Of a DNA stretch of 64,000 nt, positions 52,937 through 62,238 are shown piece by piece. The stretch's first letter is position 1; every line of letters begins with the position of its first letter. The stretch comes from Ignavibacteriota bacterium. GTDB lineage: Bacteria; Bacteroidota; Ignavibacteria; UBA10030; CAVZMI01. The notes under the pieces were generated by a model. The model was not told where the DNA came from, made no database searches, and saw only the letters and a program-made list of their open reading frames with translations. The DNA is taken from contig CAVZMI010000020.1 in assembly GCA_963776275.1 (NCBI GenBank), positions 255,820-319,819 of the forward strand, written 5' to 3'. The position numbers and the translations under genes were made by a program.

Positions 52937-55546
52937 GTGTTCTTCAAGCGGTTTATCGTGATTATTGTCCTTGCGGCATCAGTATTCATATCGCTGACTT
53001 GCGGCCGGCATAACACCGACGAAATCCGCCGTGCCGAAACACTTTTCAGTCAAGCAGCCGCACAGGAAAAGGAATTCCATTACCGGGAAGCCGACGAACT
53101 GTATAGACAGGCCGCAGAACTCTTTGAATCCAACAATGAACCTGTACGAGCATCCGATGTCTTCGTCGCTATCGGAGCAATGGAACACACCGCAGGAAAT
53201 TTCCAACAGGCAATTGAACAATTTACCCGTGCATCCGGACTTGCACAGAACGCGGGGGATCGCGGCCGGCAGTCAGCCGCTCTTGTAATGATCGCCGAGG
53301 TTCATTCCGAGCTCGGTCAGACAGATCAGGCAATCGCAGTGGCAAAACAGAGTCTTGTTATCAGTGAAATGTTCGGCGAAAAGCCGGGTGCCATTGCGGG
53401 ATATAATACCCTGGGACGATTACATTGTTCAACGGGATTGTACCGTCAGGCGATCGAATATTTTTCAAAGGCACGGACGACAGCACAATCTATCAATAAA
53501 CCCGATGACGATCTCGATGCCGCTCTTTCGCTCTGTGAGGTGGCCCTTCATCAAAAACAATTCATTGATGCGCTTCAACTATTGGCCTTGATCCAGCCTC
53601 AGGTGCTAGCTAACGAGACAAATGCGACACATCGCTGGTATCTAAACGAAGGAATCGCATATCTTGGCATCAACGATTATATTCATGCAGCAAACGCTTT
53701 TTCTCATGCGATTGCATTAAACGAGTTCGTAGAATATTCTGTTCAAATCCGCGCACTGCTGCATGCCGCTGAGGTGAATTATCTTCTCCGCCGCTCGGGA
53801 GATGCGCTAAACCTGTGTACCGATGCCCTTAATATCGCCCGCCAGAATAATGATCGGATTGCCGAAGCATGTTTGCTAATTCACCGTGGTGACATTGAAC
53901 GATTCACTTCACATCAGCAATCTCTCGAATCGTACCGTCAGGCTGCAGAACTCTTCTCCGCACTTGAATATCCCGCAGGAATGGCACGGGCGCTTCAACA
54001 CCTCGGTAAAGCGACCGAAGAAAACGGAAACCTCACTGCAGCTGTCGAAATTTACCACAAGGCACTCGACGCGTATGAACAAGCACTGACACAATCCTGT
54101 GAAATTAATCTGTGTTCGGGACTTGTATGGACTCATGATCACACCTCGTTCTCTATTGCAGACGATCTCTCACGGACCCTCATAGTGTTAAACCGATCCC
54201 GGGAAGCGTTCATTTATCATGAGCGCGGCCTTCTCGCTCAATGTATCGCAACCATTCAATCGCTTGACCCGAAACCTCATCTGGAAACTCTGATAAAACA
54301 ATTCAAGAGTTTTCAGATATTATCGGGAGAGCTGGCGGCTCTCAAGCGCGAGCGAACAATCGAAATCGGCAAACCCGATGAGCAACGAGATGAAGCAAAA
54401 TGTACCCGACTTGCAGACGTTATTAAAGACAAATCTGCAGAACGGGAGAATGCAATCCAGGCGATCGAAAAAGAAGAACCAAATTCGTCATTCTTCTTCC
54501 GTATAAAAAATATCCGTGTTGAAGATATTCAAGCACAAATCCCACCGGGAATGATCCTTCTAGAATATATCCCTGCAGAAATACAGCTTTATTGTGCTGT
54601 TGTGACGCGCACTTCATTTTCACTGGTGCGTATTCCGACAAGTTATCCGTCGATTCTTCAACATGCTGATGAGCTTCGGCGGATTCTTTTTGCACCGGCA
54701 GCGCCTCATGAACGCCCTGATATCGGTAACATTGATGATAAATATTTTCGGATGCATACTTACGCAAAGATGCTTTATAACGAGTTGCTCGGTTCAATCC
54801 AGGTACCAGATATCCGTCAATCCGGTTTGGTGATCGTTCCCCCGCCCGAACTCTCTGATATCCCTTTTCATGCACTGATAAGTCCTGGTACTATTACAAA
54901 AGGAGAATATGTAGCCGAGCATCAACTCATTCGATATTTACCATTTGCTTCTGCGGCGCTCTTCCGATCAAACCAGAAGCGTATGCTGAATGACATGGTC
55001 GCCGTGGGAAATCCTAGTGTAACAAACTGGGAGGTCGATTACGTCCTACGAGATATAAAAACATTTTTTAAGGAGGCAAAATTATTTCTCGGTCCCGATG
55101 CGACACGTGAAAATCTTTTCGGTTCTAATGGTGATGTCCTTCACATCGCAACCGATTTCCTTTACGACGGTATCCATACACGAAATTCTTACATATCGCT
55201 TTCCGACGGAAAAACTCCTAACGGATCGGTGGACGTTCCATTGGGTTCACTTCATGCCCTTTATAACTATCCATGTATTATCATAATGAATGTGGGACCT
55301 AGTATTGAAAGTGTGAATCAATTTCATATGGCTTTATTATTATTGAACGGAACTCGAGCAGTCATCGGGACGTTCTGGCAGCCGGAACGGGGTGCTGTCC
55401 GTGCATTCGACGAGCAATTTTATAGCTCGCTGGCAAATCACATGGGTCTGGAATCCGCATATCTTCAGGCGCAGCGGGAAATGATTGCTATGCCGATCTT
55501 CCGGCCGCCCCATCAATGGGCACCGTTTTTTTATTATGGAATCTAA
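52937..55546 (+). CDS. Lipoprotein with TPR array and degenerate (pseudo-)CHAT domain
   Basis: Lipobox SLTC; TPRs; CHAT scaffold LVIVP…IPFHAL, LGPDAT, LHIATD, VIGTFW, WAPF, but no THG or SAC. Confidence 0.82.
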   Translation: MFFKRFIVIIVLAASVFISLTCGRHNTDEIRRAETLFSQAAAQEKEFHYREADELYRQAAELFESNNEPVRASDVFVAIGAMEHTAGNFQQAIEQFTRASGLAQNAGDRGRQSAALVMIAEVHSELGQTDQAIAVAKQSLVISEMFGEKPGAIAGYNTLGRLHCSTGLYRQAIEYFSKARTTAQSINKPDDDLDAALSLCEVALHQKQFIDALQLLALIQPQVLANETNATHRWYLNEGIAYLGINDYIHAANAFSHAIALNEFVEYSVQIRALLHAAEVNYLLRRSGDALNLCTDALNIARQNNDRIAEACLLIHRGDIERFTSHQQSLESYRQAAELFSALEYPAGMARALQHLGKATEENGNLTAAVEIYHKALDAYEQALTQSCEINLCSGLVWTHDHTSFSIADDLSRTLIVLNRSREAFIYHERGLLAQCIATIQSLDPKPHLETLIKQFKSFQILSGELAALKRERTIEIGKPDEQRDEAKCTRLADVIKDKSAERENAIQAIEKEEPNSSFFFRIKNIRVEDIQAQIPPGMILLEYIPAEIQLYCAVVTRTSFSLVRIPTSYPSILQHADELRRILFAPAAPHERPDIGNIDDKYFRMHTYAKMLYNELLGSIQVPDIRQSGLVIVPPPELSDIPFHALISPGTITKGEYVAEHQLIRYLPFASAALFRSNQKRMLNDMVAVGNPSVTNWEVDYVLRDIKTFFKEAKLFLGPDATRENLFGSNGDVLHIATDFLYDGIHTRNSYISLSDGKTPNGSVDVPLGSLHALYNYPCIIIMNVGPSIESVNQFHMALLLLNGTRAVIGTFWQPERGAVRAFDEQFYSSLANHMGLESAYLQAQREMIAMPIFRPPHQWAPFFYYGI

Positions 55547-55564
55547 ATTGTGATAAGGAAATTT

Positions 55565-58457
55565 ATGAAACATTGTCTTGTCTGGTGCATTGTTATTTTT
55601 TTCATCGCTTCTCCTCTATGGCCGGCAAATCGGTCGATGCAGAAGAAAACCAAATCGTTATCCCGTCTCGAACACATCGCGCCGGATACGTATATACAGG
55701 GTGAAGTTATTATAAAACTCGGTGCTGCACGGCCGGCTGTTCTTCATAAAGGACGGAGCGGAATTCCTTCACTCGATGCTGTGCTATCGACCCTTGTTAC
55801 ACCACGACTTGAGCCGGTGTTTATCGGTCATACTTCTCCTCCTGAAGATACGTCCTTAATCGATCTCTCGAAATACTATGAAGTCCATTATTCCGGCCCC
55901 AGCGATGCTGTCGCCATAGCAAAGTTATTGATGCGTGCCGAAGACGTGGAGTTCGCAGAACCCCGGTTCCGCTATAAAATCGATAGCACAGCAAATGATC
56001 CATTATATCCGCTCCAGTGGCATCTTCCTAAGATTCAGGCCGAGGCGGCATGGGATATCACACAGGGCGATTCAACTGTCATCATCGCAATTGTCGATAC
56101 AGGAATTGATATCGATTATCAACCCGACCTGAAAGCTAATATCTGGAATAATCCGGGTGAGACTGGACTCGACGCCCTGGGAAACGATAAACGATTTAAC
56201 GGCATAGACGATGATGACGACGGATATATCGACGATTGGATTGGGTGGGATTTTTATCACCCTGATAACGATCCGAGTCCGGGAAATTGGCATGGAACAT
56301 TTCTCGCCGGTATTGCTGCGGCCATCACAAACAACAATTATGGTGTTGCCGGTGTTGCGCCGCATTGTAAATTGATGGCTATTAAAAATGGACCCGATGA
56401 TCCAAACTCGAACGAAGTCTGGTACGGCGAAAAAGGAATTGTGTACGCTGCCGATCGTGGTGCAGCGATCATTAACTGCAGCTGGAGCGGTGCGGGATTT
56501 TCTCAGGTAATCTATGATGCCATCACGTATGCAATACAGAAAGGTGCTCTCGTTGTTGCAGCAGCCGGGAACAGCGCTAATGATATCGATATAGCTGTGG
56601 AATATCCGGCTTCATATGATAATGTACTTTCTGTCGCAGCAACAGGACAGACTGACCAGAAATCGTATTTCTCAAATTATGGATATACGGTCGCAGTTTC
56701 GGCTCCCGGTGAGGATGTGATCAGTACGCTTCCCTATGAAAGTTTTGGCTTAGCTAGTGGAACATCAGTGTCAGCACCAATCGTGTCTGGCATTGCGGCA
56801 CTCGTGAAATCAAACAATAAGTCTCTTACGCCTTTACAGGTAGGTCAACAGGTCCGCATTTCAGCCGATAACATCAACAGCAGCAATCCCGGGTATGAGA
56901 ATCAGGTTGGGTACGGCCGTGTGAATGCATACAGGGCACTCACTGTGCAATCTCCTGCAATCCGGATGACAAGTTACACCGTTGGCGATTCCGGAACCGG
57001 CAACAACGACGGTATATTCAATCCTAAAGAGACAATACAGATCAATGTAACTCTCACTAACTTTTTACAACTATCGGGAAATGTTACTGCCACACTCACG
57101 AGCACGAGTTCATTTATTACGATACAAAACCCTTCACAGCAGATTGGAATACTTGGAACACTTCAATCATGTCAGCTCCCCGTACCATTTCGTGTGACCA
57201 TCGGGGATAACGCTCCGGAAAATCAGTTTATTCAATGCACGCTCATTACATCCGACGGCTCGTACACCGATTACAATTCCGTATCGTTTCTGGTCCGATC
57301 CGACATTTCTCAACATGAACACCAACCAGATAACCATGACGATCACGAGCAAGGGTAACCTGGGTTATAATGACTACCCATCAAATTTTCAGGGATCGGG
57401 ATTTTTGTTTCAGCAAACAGGAACAATGAATTATCTTTTTGAAGGCGCATTTATGGCGGGAACGGATACTTCGCATATTGTCGATGCGGCGCGCGCAGAA
57501 GATTATGAGCAGCAGGATAAGGATTTCGAAGCTCTCTCCAATCTAACTATACATAAACCCGGATCAATAGCCGATCAGCAGGGATTCGGAATTTTCAACG
57601 ATGGTTATGCAACGACAAATAAGCTCGGGATCAGCGTAAAATACGGAAGTTTTGCATTCATCAATCCGCCTAATGACGATTTTATACTATTAAGGTATGA
57701 TGTAATAAATACTTCATCAAATACATTGGCCAATTTTTGTGCGGGATTATATCTGGACTGGGACATTGGAGCGGTCAACGATAATATAACCGCGCTCGAC
57801 ACCAACCTGCACCTGGCATACGTATACGACACAACGAGTGGAAGTACTGCCGCATATACCGGAGTAGTCATGCTCAGCCCGGATCCACTTGTCTTTCATG
57901 CCATAGATAATGCCGCATCTGGAAATCCATGGGGAGTCTACGACGGATTTACAAAATCGGAAAAATGGGATGCCCTGAGCAACGGCATATCGCAGACAAG
58001 TGCAGGTCCGTCGGATATTTCAATGGTGATTGGACTCGGACCGCGGACGCTTGATCAGTCCGATTCCCTTGTCGTTCCTTTTGCATTCATTGCCGCAAAC
58101 AATCTCACCGCTCTCAAGGACGCCGCACAACGCGCAAGACAACAGTGGGAACTCATCCGCGACCTGAATTATGCCAAAGAGCTCGAACCTTATCAATTTG
58201 TGCTCAATCAGAATTATCCGAATCCATTTAACGGGGGCACGACAATCCATTATACAATTGAACATCAGGGAAATGTGACACTAAAGATCTTCGACCTTCT
58301 TGGCCGCGAGGTCGAGACGCTCGTCGATTATGTTCAGTCGCCCGGGTCATACGATGTGGTATTTCCACGGACGAAATCACTTGCCAGCGGCGTGTATTTT
58401 TGCAGCCTCTCATCGGGAGGAAAAACCCTGGTCCGGAAAATGGTGTACATCCGTTGA
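55565..58457 (+). CDS. S8 subtilisin-like protease with T9SS C-terminal domain (apparent frameshift at ~57298)
   Basis: IVDTG, HGTFLAG, AAAGN, GTSVSAP catalytic motifs; LNQNYPNPFN…VRKMVYIR. Confidence 0.9.
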
Positions 58458-60655
58458 TGCTGGTCCTTGCTGAAATATCATTTCATCTTTCCGGTAACCC
58501 GATAATTCTTTTTACAGCCATTGCTATCGCCGCTGCAATCGCTTTTTTTTCTTATCGGCGGCCGCTTCCACCGATCAGTACGACCTTACGGATCGTACTG
58601 ACAATCCTCCGCACCCTCGGTCTTGCATGCTTATTGCTGATAATTGCAGAACCGGTCGCATCGCTTATATCCACAACACACCAACCCCCCGTCGTTGCCC
58701 TACTTCTCGATCAATCGCAGAGTATGACTATCACCGATAAAACCGGAAAACGCGATGAGAATGTCCGAGCGCTGCTGCGGGAATCGCCATTTCGGCTCGC
58801 GTCCGGTAGTGAAGTCAGGTACTTTGGTTTTTCAAATCGCCTGCAGCCAATAGCCCGGCTTCAAACCGATTCGCTTCGTTTTAACGGGAGTGAGACCGAT
58901 ATCGCCTCGGCGCTTCACGAGATTCACAATAAACGCGATGATGAAAATATCCAGGCTGTCGTTATTGTAAGTGACGGAAACATTACCACCGGCCAAAATC
59001 CGGTCTACGATGCGGAAGAGCTCGGAGTGCCCGTCATTTCGGTCGGCGTTGGAGATTCATCGGAGCAAAAGGATGTTCTTATCAGCGATGTTCTTGCAAA
59101 CCATATTGGATACGTCGATAGTGCCATTCCGGTCGATGCCACAATTACGAGTGTGGGCTGTGAAGGATCGCGCATTGATATAACACTGACTGAAGGATCC
59201 ACCGTGATCCAGAAAAAACCGTTTATGCTCGGACCCGGTACTTTTAATGCCGCCATGCAATTCGAGATCACACCGAAAGAGGAAGGAATTCATAAATACA
59301 CCGTACACACTTCACAGGTGCCCGGTGAATTGACCGAAAAAAATAACAGCCGGTCGTTTTTCATCAAGGTATTAAAAAGTAAAATCTCCGTTGCTCTGAT
59401 CGCCGGGGCACCTAGTCCGGATGTTGCATTTGTACGGCGCATTCTGGCGCTCGACAAGAACATTTCGGTGAAAACATTCATACAAAAAACATCGTCCGAG
59501 TTTTATGAAGGAGCACCTACACAGAATGATCTCGACGGTTCGGAATGTCTTGTGCTTATCGGTTATCCGACAAGCAATGCGTCGCCGGATCTTATACGGA
59601 TGATCCGGTATGATGTTGAGAATCAGAAAAAACCGCTGCTGTTTATAGCAAGCCGGACTATCGATTACGAGAAGCTCCGGCTCCTTGAACCGCTTCTTCC
59701 CTTTACGATATCCTCGACTACGCAGGGAGAGCGCGAAGTTGCTTTTACACTTACACCCGGGCAGGTCGAAAATGCAATGTTCCGTTTTTCATTTGCTTCC
59801 GAGAATGAACAGGACGATCCGCGCCGCCGTGTTGACCGCTGGAATTCGCTTCCACCAATTTTTGAAGGAGATGCGCCGTATAAAGCAAAGCCCGAGAGCA
59901 ACGTCCTCGCGACTGCTTCAATACAGGGTGTGATGTTATCCGATCCTCTTCTTATATCCCGTTCGTTACAACAGACAAAATCGCTTGCACTGCTGGCTTA
60001 CGGCATCTGGAGATGGGAGCTTCTTGTGCGGCCGGCGTCGTACCATCAGGCTATGTTATCGTCTTTCATCAGCAATGCCGTCCGCTGGCTGACTACACGC
60101 GAGGATTCCCGCCGGGTCGTGATTACCCCGGCACGTCCGTTGTATAGCGCCGGTGAACCTATTGGAATAAAAGGACAGGTATACGATGAAAATTATTCTC
60201 CGATCGATAACGCCGACGTCCGGGTAAAATTTTTAAACGGCACCGACACATCCGAGTATCCGCTTCGTCTGATCGGAAACGGCCGGTATGAGGCGACGAT
60301 TGATGGTCTCCCCGAAGGCGATTATTCCTATACGGGTATAGCCAGGATAGGTGAAAATACGATCGGTGAAGACCGGGGGCGGTTCTCGGTCGGTGAAATG
60401 AATGTAGAATTTCTTCAGACACGGATGAATGTTCCTGTACTTCGACAGCTTGCCGAGCGTACAGGCGGACGGTTCATGACAATCGCCGATGCACAGTCTC
60501 TTCTCCGTGATGCATCAAATTTCCCCCGGTTATATCCAAAAGAAATCCGCCATGCCCATGAGTTTACATTATGGAATTCAGTCTGGCTGATGATCGGCAC
60601 AATTCTGTTCTTTTCCGTGGAATGGTTCCTCCGTAAGCGAAGTGGAATGATGTGA
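58457..60655 (+). CDS. Membrane VWA-domain protein with glutamine amidotransferase-like region
   Basis: TGATG overlap; LLDQSQSM MIDAS, TDI, SDGN, WRW, LAERTGG, EWFLRKRSG. Confidence 0.8.
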   Translation: MLVLAEISFHLSGNPIILFTAIAIAAAIAFFSYRRPLPPISTTLRIVLTILRTLGLACLLLIIAEPVASLISTTHQPPVVALLLDQSQSMTITDKTGKRDENVRALLRESPFRLASGSEVRYFGFSNRLQPIARLQTDSLRFNGSETDIASALHEIHNKRDDENIQAVVIVSDGNITTGQNPVYDAEELGVPVISVGVGDSSEQKDVLISDVLANHIGYVDSAIPVDATITSVGCEGSRIDITLTEGSTVIQKKPFMLGPGTFNAAMQFEITPKEEGIHKYTVHTSQVPGELTEKNNSRSFFIKVLKSKISVALIAGAPSPDVAFVRRILALDKNISVKTFIQKTSSEFYEGAPTQNDLDGSECLVLIGYPTSNASPDLIRMIRYDVENQKKPLLFIASRTIDYEKLRLLEPLLPFTISSTTQGEREVAFTLTPGQVENAMFRFSFASENEQDDPRRRVDRWNSLPPIFEGDAPYKAKPESNVLATASIQGVMLSDPLLISRSLQQTKSLALLAYGIWRWELLVRPASYHQAMLSSFISNAVRWLTTREDSRRVVITPARPLYSAGEPIGIKGQVYDENYSPIDNADVRVKFLNGTDTSEYPLRLIGNGRYEATIDGLPEGDYSYTGIARIGENTIGEDRGRFSVGEMNVEFLQTRMNVPVLRQLAERTGGRFMTIADAQSLLRDASNFPRLYPKEIRHAHEFTLWNSVWLMIGTILFFSVEWFLRKRSGMM

Positions 60656-60906
60656 ACAGATGAAAATCAATGAGATTGCGAATTGCGAACCTGTCCGCCG
60701 ATCTATCCGCCGGAGCGTCCGCCTCGGTGAGCCGAAGGCGAGACGGGAAGCGAAGGCGGAAGCCCGATTTCTCGTCCTGAGCTTGTCGAAGGATATCGGG
60801 GCGTAGGCGGAATGATGTAAACAGAGAAAATCAATGAGATTGGGGATTGCGGGCCATGTCCGCCGGAGCCCGTTTTATGGGCGTAGGCGGAATGATGTAA
60901 ACAGAG
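60644..60906. repeat. Triplicated gene 3' end interleaved with nested REP-like palindromes
   Basis: GGAATGATGT(G/A)AACAGA at 60644, 60809, 60889; GGGCGTAGGCGGAATGATGTAAACAGAG at 60799 and 60879; TCCGCC…GGCGGA and CCTGAGCTTGTCGAAGG units. Confidence 0.8.
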
Positions 60907-61064
60907 TACTATTTTATAGCTGTACTTACTTAAAATAAAACATTCTACTCAGCAGCGAAGATCGTTACCGAAGCGTTCATCGAGCTGTCCGAATCCCGCG
61001 GTATTCCAATCACTCACGACTTGTTGAAAACCATCATTGGTCAGGAAGTACGTAATCGTGATAT

Positions 61065-61093
61065 TTGCTTTTCCACTCGCTTCTTCTTACTAT
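61065..61093 (+). promoter_or_regulatory. Candidate cassette promoter (Pc-like)
   Basis: TTGCTT-17 bp-TACTAT ~100 bp upstream of the first cassette. Confidence 0.45.
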
Positions 61094-61152
61094 TGCACAC
61101 TAGATATACTCCAAGCTCTTTCGAAAAGAGCGTTACTTACGGAACTACAGTC

Positions 61153-61196
61153 AAAAAAAATAACAACGCACTAGTACGTTGTTATGCGAGTTAGCC
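61153..61196 (+). other. attI-like site / left boundary of cassette array
   Basis: A-tract, ATAACAACG/CGTTGTTAT hairpin, then core site GTTAGCC (61190-61196). Confidence 0.5.
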
Positions 61197-61270
61197 GCCA
61201 TTCGCGCAAATCACAGGAGCTAATTATCATGGTCTGGAAATTCTAAACAGCCGAGGAGACCCAATACTGT

Positions 61271-61732
61271 ATGGAAGTGCTCGAATTATACGACGGCGAA
61301 TCACGCTCGAAGGTGTGGTGGAAGGTTGTTCGCCGCCACACAATCGTCATCGCTGCCTTATCGCCCGCGTTTGTTTTTTTTGCACTGGCTGCTCTGGATG
61401 CAGCTCCTAGCGGCATTGGTGTAAGCGGATTAGTGACTTTCTGGCTTGTCGTTTCACTTGTATTCTGGCCGCTGCTTTTGGGGTTTTCCATACTGGCACC
61501 GCGATTGGCTTTTTCTCTTTACTATTGGAACGGATGGCTGATGCTCATTTTGCTCGTTCCAGCACTTCTGGCTTCTTTCATAGCGGGCCAGATTCACGGC
61601 ACCAATTCTGTTATGCCATTTGCCGTATTCGCGACCGTATACGCTATTGGTGTCGGCTTCAAGACCGCGATTCTATATCGCCGCTTCACTATGGCCGCAT
61701 CGGAAAAAGGGAAGCAACGACTACCGACCTAG
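61271..61732 (+). CDS. Cassette-borne four-TM hypothetical protein (upstream in-frame ATG at 61229 interrupted by TAA at 61244)
   Basis: Hydrophobic helices; GGAG RBS before 61229. Confidence 0.6.
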   Translation: MEVLELYDGESRSKVWWKVVRRHTIVIAALSPAFVFFALAALDAAPSGIGVSGLVTFWLVVSLVFWPLLLGFSILAPRLAFSLYYWNGWLMLILLVPALLASFIAGQIHGTNSVMPFAVFATVYAIGVGFKTAILYRRFTMAASEKGKQRLPT

Positions 61733-61822
61733 TCTCCGATGCATCTCTTTTGTCATTGCCGTATTTGCTGTGGTGCATTTTCAAGATACGTAATTTCCAT
61801 AAACTGAAAGGAGTAAATCACA

Positions 61823-61999
61823 ATGCTAAGAGTATTGTTTGTATTCTTGGGAAATATTCTTCTGCTGCCGGTGAATATCATTCTGCTGCTTCCTCGGCTT
61901 GCTTACAAGATCATCGTCAACAACAAGGCAGCAATCTGGATCTCCGCTGGTGGAAAGAAGAAGATCCTCGAGGTTGACGGTAGCGTCAAAGTGAAATAG
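61823..61999 (+). CDS. Cassette-borne 58-aa membrane peptide (not in ORF track)
   Basis: AAGGAG RBS; MLRVLFVFLGNILLLPVNIILLLPRLAYKIIVNNKAAIWISAGGKKKILEVDGSVKVK. Confidence 0.55.
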   Translation: MLRVLFVFLGNILLLPVNIILLLPRLAYKIIVNNKAAIWISAGGKKKILEVDGSVKVK

Positions 62000-62064
62000 T
62001 CTGCGGCTCGTCATCTGTTTTCCTTGAAGCTCGCTTACTGCACTATTCAATGGACGCGAACGGC

Positions 62065-62202
62065 AGCTAACACGCCCAACAACGACGCTCTGTTTGTTTA
62101 TAGGAAATAGTTGTCGTCGCTCCATTGTGCCGCTTCGCGTTTTGGTAGGTAAAGCTTTTCTTAGCTCGCGGCACAACGGCGTTGTTGGGCGAGACGTTAT
62201 AT
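62065..62202 (+). mobile_element. attC site 1
   Basis: R'' AGCTAAC, L'' CGCCCAACAACG, internal TTGTGCCGC/GCGGCACAA, L' CGTTGTTGGGCG, R' GTTATAT. Confidence 0.85.
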
Positions 62203-62238
62203 GAAATGGCGGTTTTAAAATATTAGGAGGCTTATCTT

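Larger units (their letters stand above)
61190..62196 (+). mobile_element. Integron gene cassette 1 (two small hydrophobic ORFs)
   Basis: Begins GTTAGCCGCCATTCGCG; reverse complement of 62055-62071 matches 15/17; ends in attC. Confidence 0.8.

Noticed and set aside
5050-58457. Mass pseudogenisation or programmed frameshifting of ~10 genes
   Set aside because: Includes dxr; lesions are isolated and motif-linked with otherwise intact sequence, unlike the real hdrA decay
60644-60906. Possible CRISPR array
   Set aside because: Only three copies, irregular spacing (165 and 80 bp), spacers related to each other, repeat derives from a gene end, no cas genes
60907-61150. Integron integrase remnant
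   Set aside because: No tyrosine recombinase motifs recognisable in the frames read; only a short start-less fragment of unknown origin
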